The notes beneath the pieces were generated by a model that was not told where the DNA came from, made no database searches, and was given only the letters and a program-made list of their open reading frames with translations. Of a stretch of 64,000 bases of DNA, positions 63,616 to 64,000 are shown one piece after another. This DNA comes from Alphaproteobacteria bacterium. Lineage in GTDB: Bacteria > Pseudomonadota > Alphaproteobacteria > UBA8317. Positions within the stretch are counted from its first letter, which is position 1. Each line of letters begins with the position of its first letter. The translations under genes and the position numbers were made by a program. The stretch spans positions 32,001 through 96,000 of the forward strand of contig JAYPQH010000030.1 in NCBI GenBank assembly GCA_038131935.1, read 5' to 3'.

Positions 63616-64000
63616 TCCCTCAACAGCTCATTAATACCTGTTTTGGAACGTGTCTGTGCGTCCACTGTTTTGACAATGACGGCGCAGTAGAGTGATGGAC
63701 CTCCACGTGGGTCAGGTAGGCTACCAGGGACCACAACAGAATAGGCTGGTACCTCACCTCGATGAACTGTTCCTGAAGCACGGTCAATAATTTTTGTAGA
63801 TGCACCAAGATAAACGCCCATGGATAATACAGAGCCCTCGCGCACAATCACACCTTCGGCGACCTCTGAACGCGCGCCTACAAAGACGTTATCCTCAATG
63901 ATGACAGGGCCAGCCTGTAAGGGCTCAAGAACCCCGCCTATACCGGCACCACCTGAAATGTGACAATTCTTACCGATTTGCGCACAAGATCCCACCGTCG
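63612..64000 (-). CDS. dapD: Tetrahydrodipicolinate N-succinyltransferase (3' part)
   Basis: [35 protein letters not shown] and INELLRD. Confidence 0.96.
   Translation of the reverse strand, partial: TVGSCAQIGKNCHISGGAGIGGVLEPLQAGPVIIEDNVFVGARSEVAEGVIVREGSVLSMGVYLGASTKIIDRASGTVHRGEVPAYSVVVPGSLPDPRGGPSLYCAVIVKTVDAQTRSKTGINELLRD

Noticed and set aside
183-63847. Many 60-190 aa antisense or off-frame ORFs in the ORF track (for example 2032-2436, 8531-9064, 38452-39024, 55148-55561)
   Set aside because: They are shadows of well-supported genes or of ffs, with no recognisable motifs.
1-64000. CRISPR arrays, tRNA/rRNA, IS elements, integrases, prophage or defence genes
   Set aside because: No regularly spaced repeats, cloverleaf motifs, or transposase, integrase or phage proteins were seen, and the intergenic gaps are all under about 460 bp.

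Overview
This is a 64-kb chromosomal segment of an alphaproteobacterium, probably aquatic or marine. The assignment rests on the cycM, kdsB-pheA, ffs-dnaX-ybaB-recR, def-fmt-truA, dapE-dapD and yejABEF blocks. The left ~44 kb is mostly accessory metabolism: a three-subunit xanthine-oxidase-family molybdoenzyme that is not a CO dehydrogenase, frmA, a mesaconyl-CoA C1-C4 transferase (mct), SulP-USP, cysQ, an orphan sigma54-type flagellar hook gene, an SCP2-like/alpha-beta-hydrolase/HDAC triplet, two Liv-type ABC importers, flavocytochrome c sulfide dehydrogenase, and a CrbS/CrbR-type two-component system. The right ~20 kb is core genome. About 15 genes, including essential dnaX, are broken by 1-2 nt indels, mostly in homopolymers, which points to an unpolished long-read consensus rather than real pseudogenes. 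I saw no tRNA, rRNA, CRISPR array, IS or phage gene. The best leads are an unannotated multi-hairpin sRNA candidate (about 30562-30679), the isolated sigma54-promoter flgE with an atypical central domain, the uncharacterised amide/ester-hydrolysis cluster facing an aromatic-type ABC importer, and CrbS/R paired with an ABC importer instead of acs/actP. All product calls come from motifs and remembered family similarity; no searches were run.
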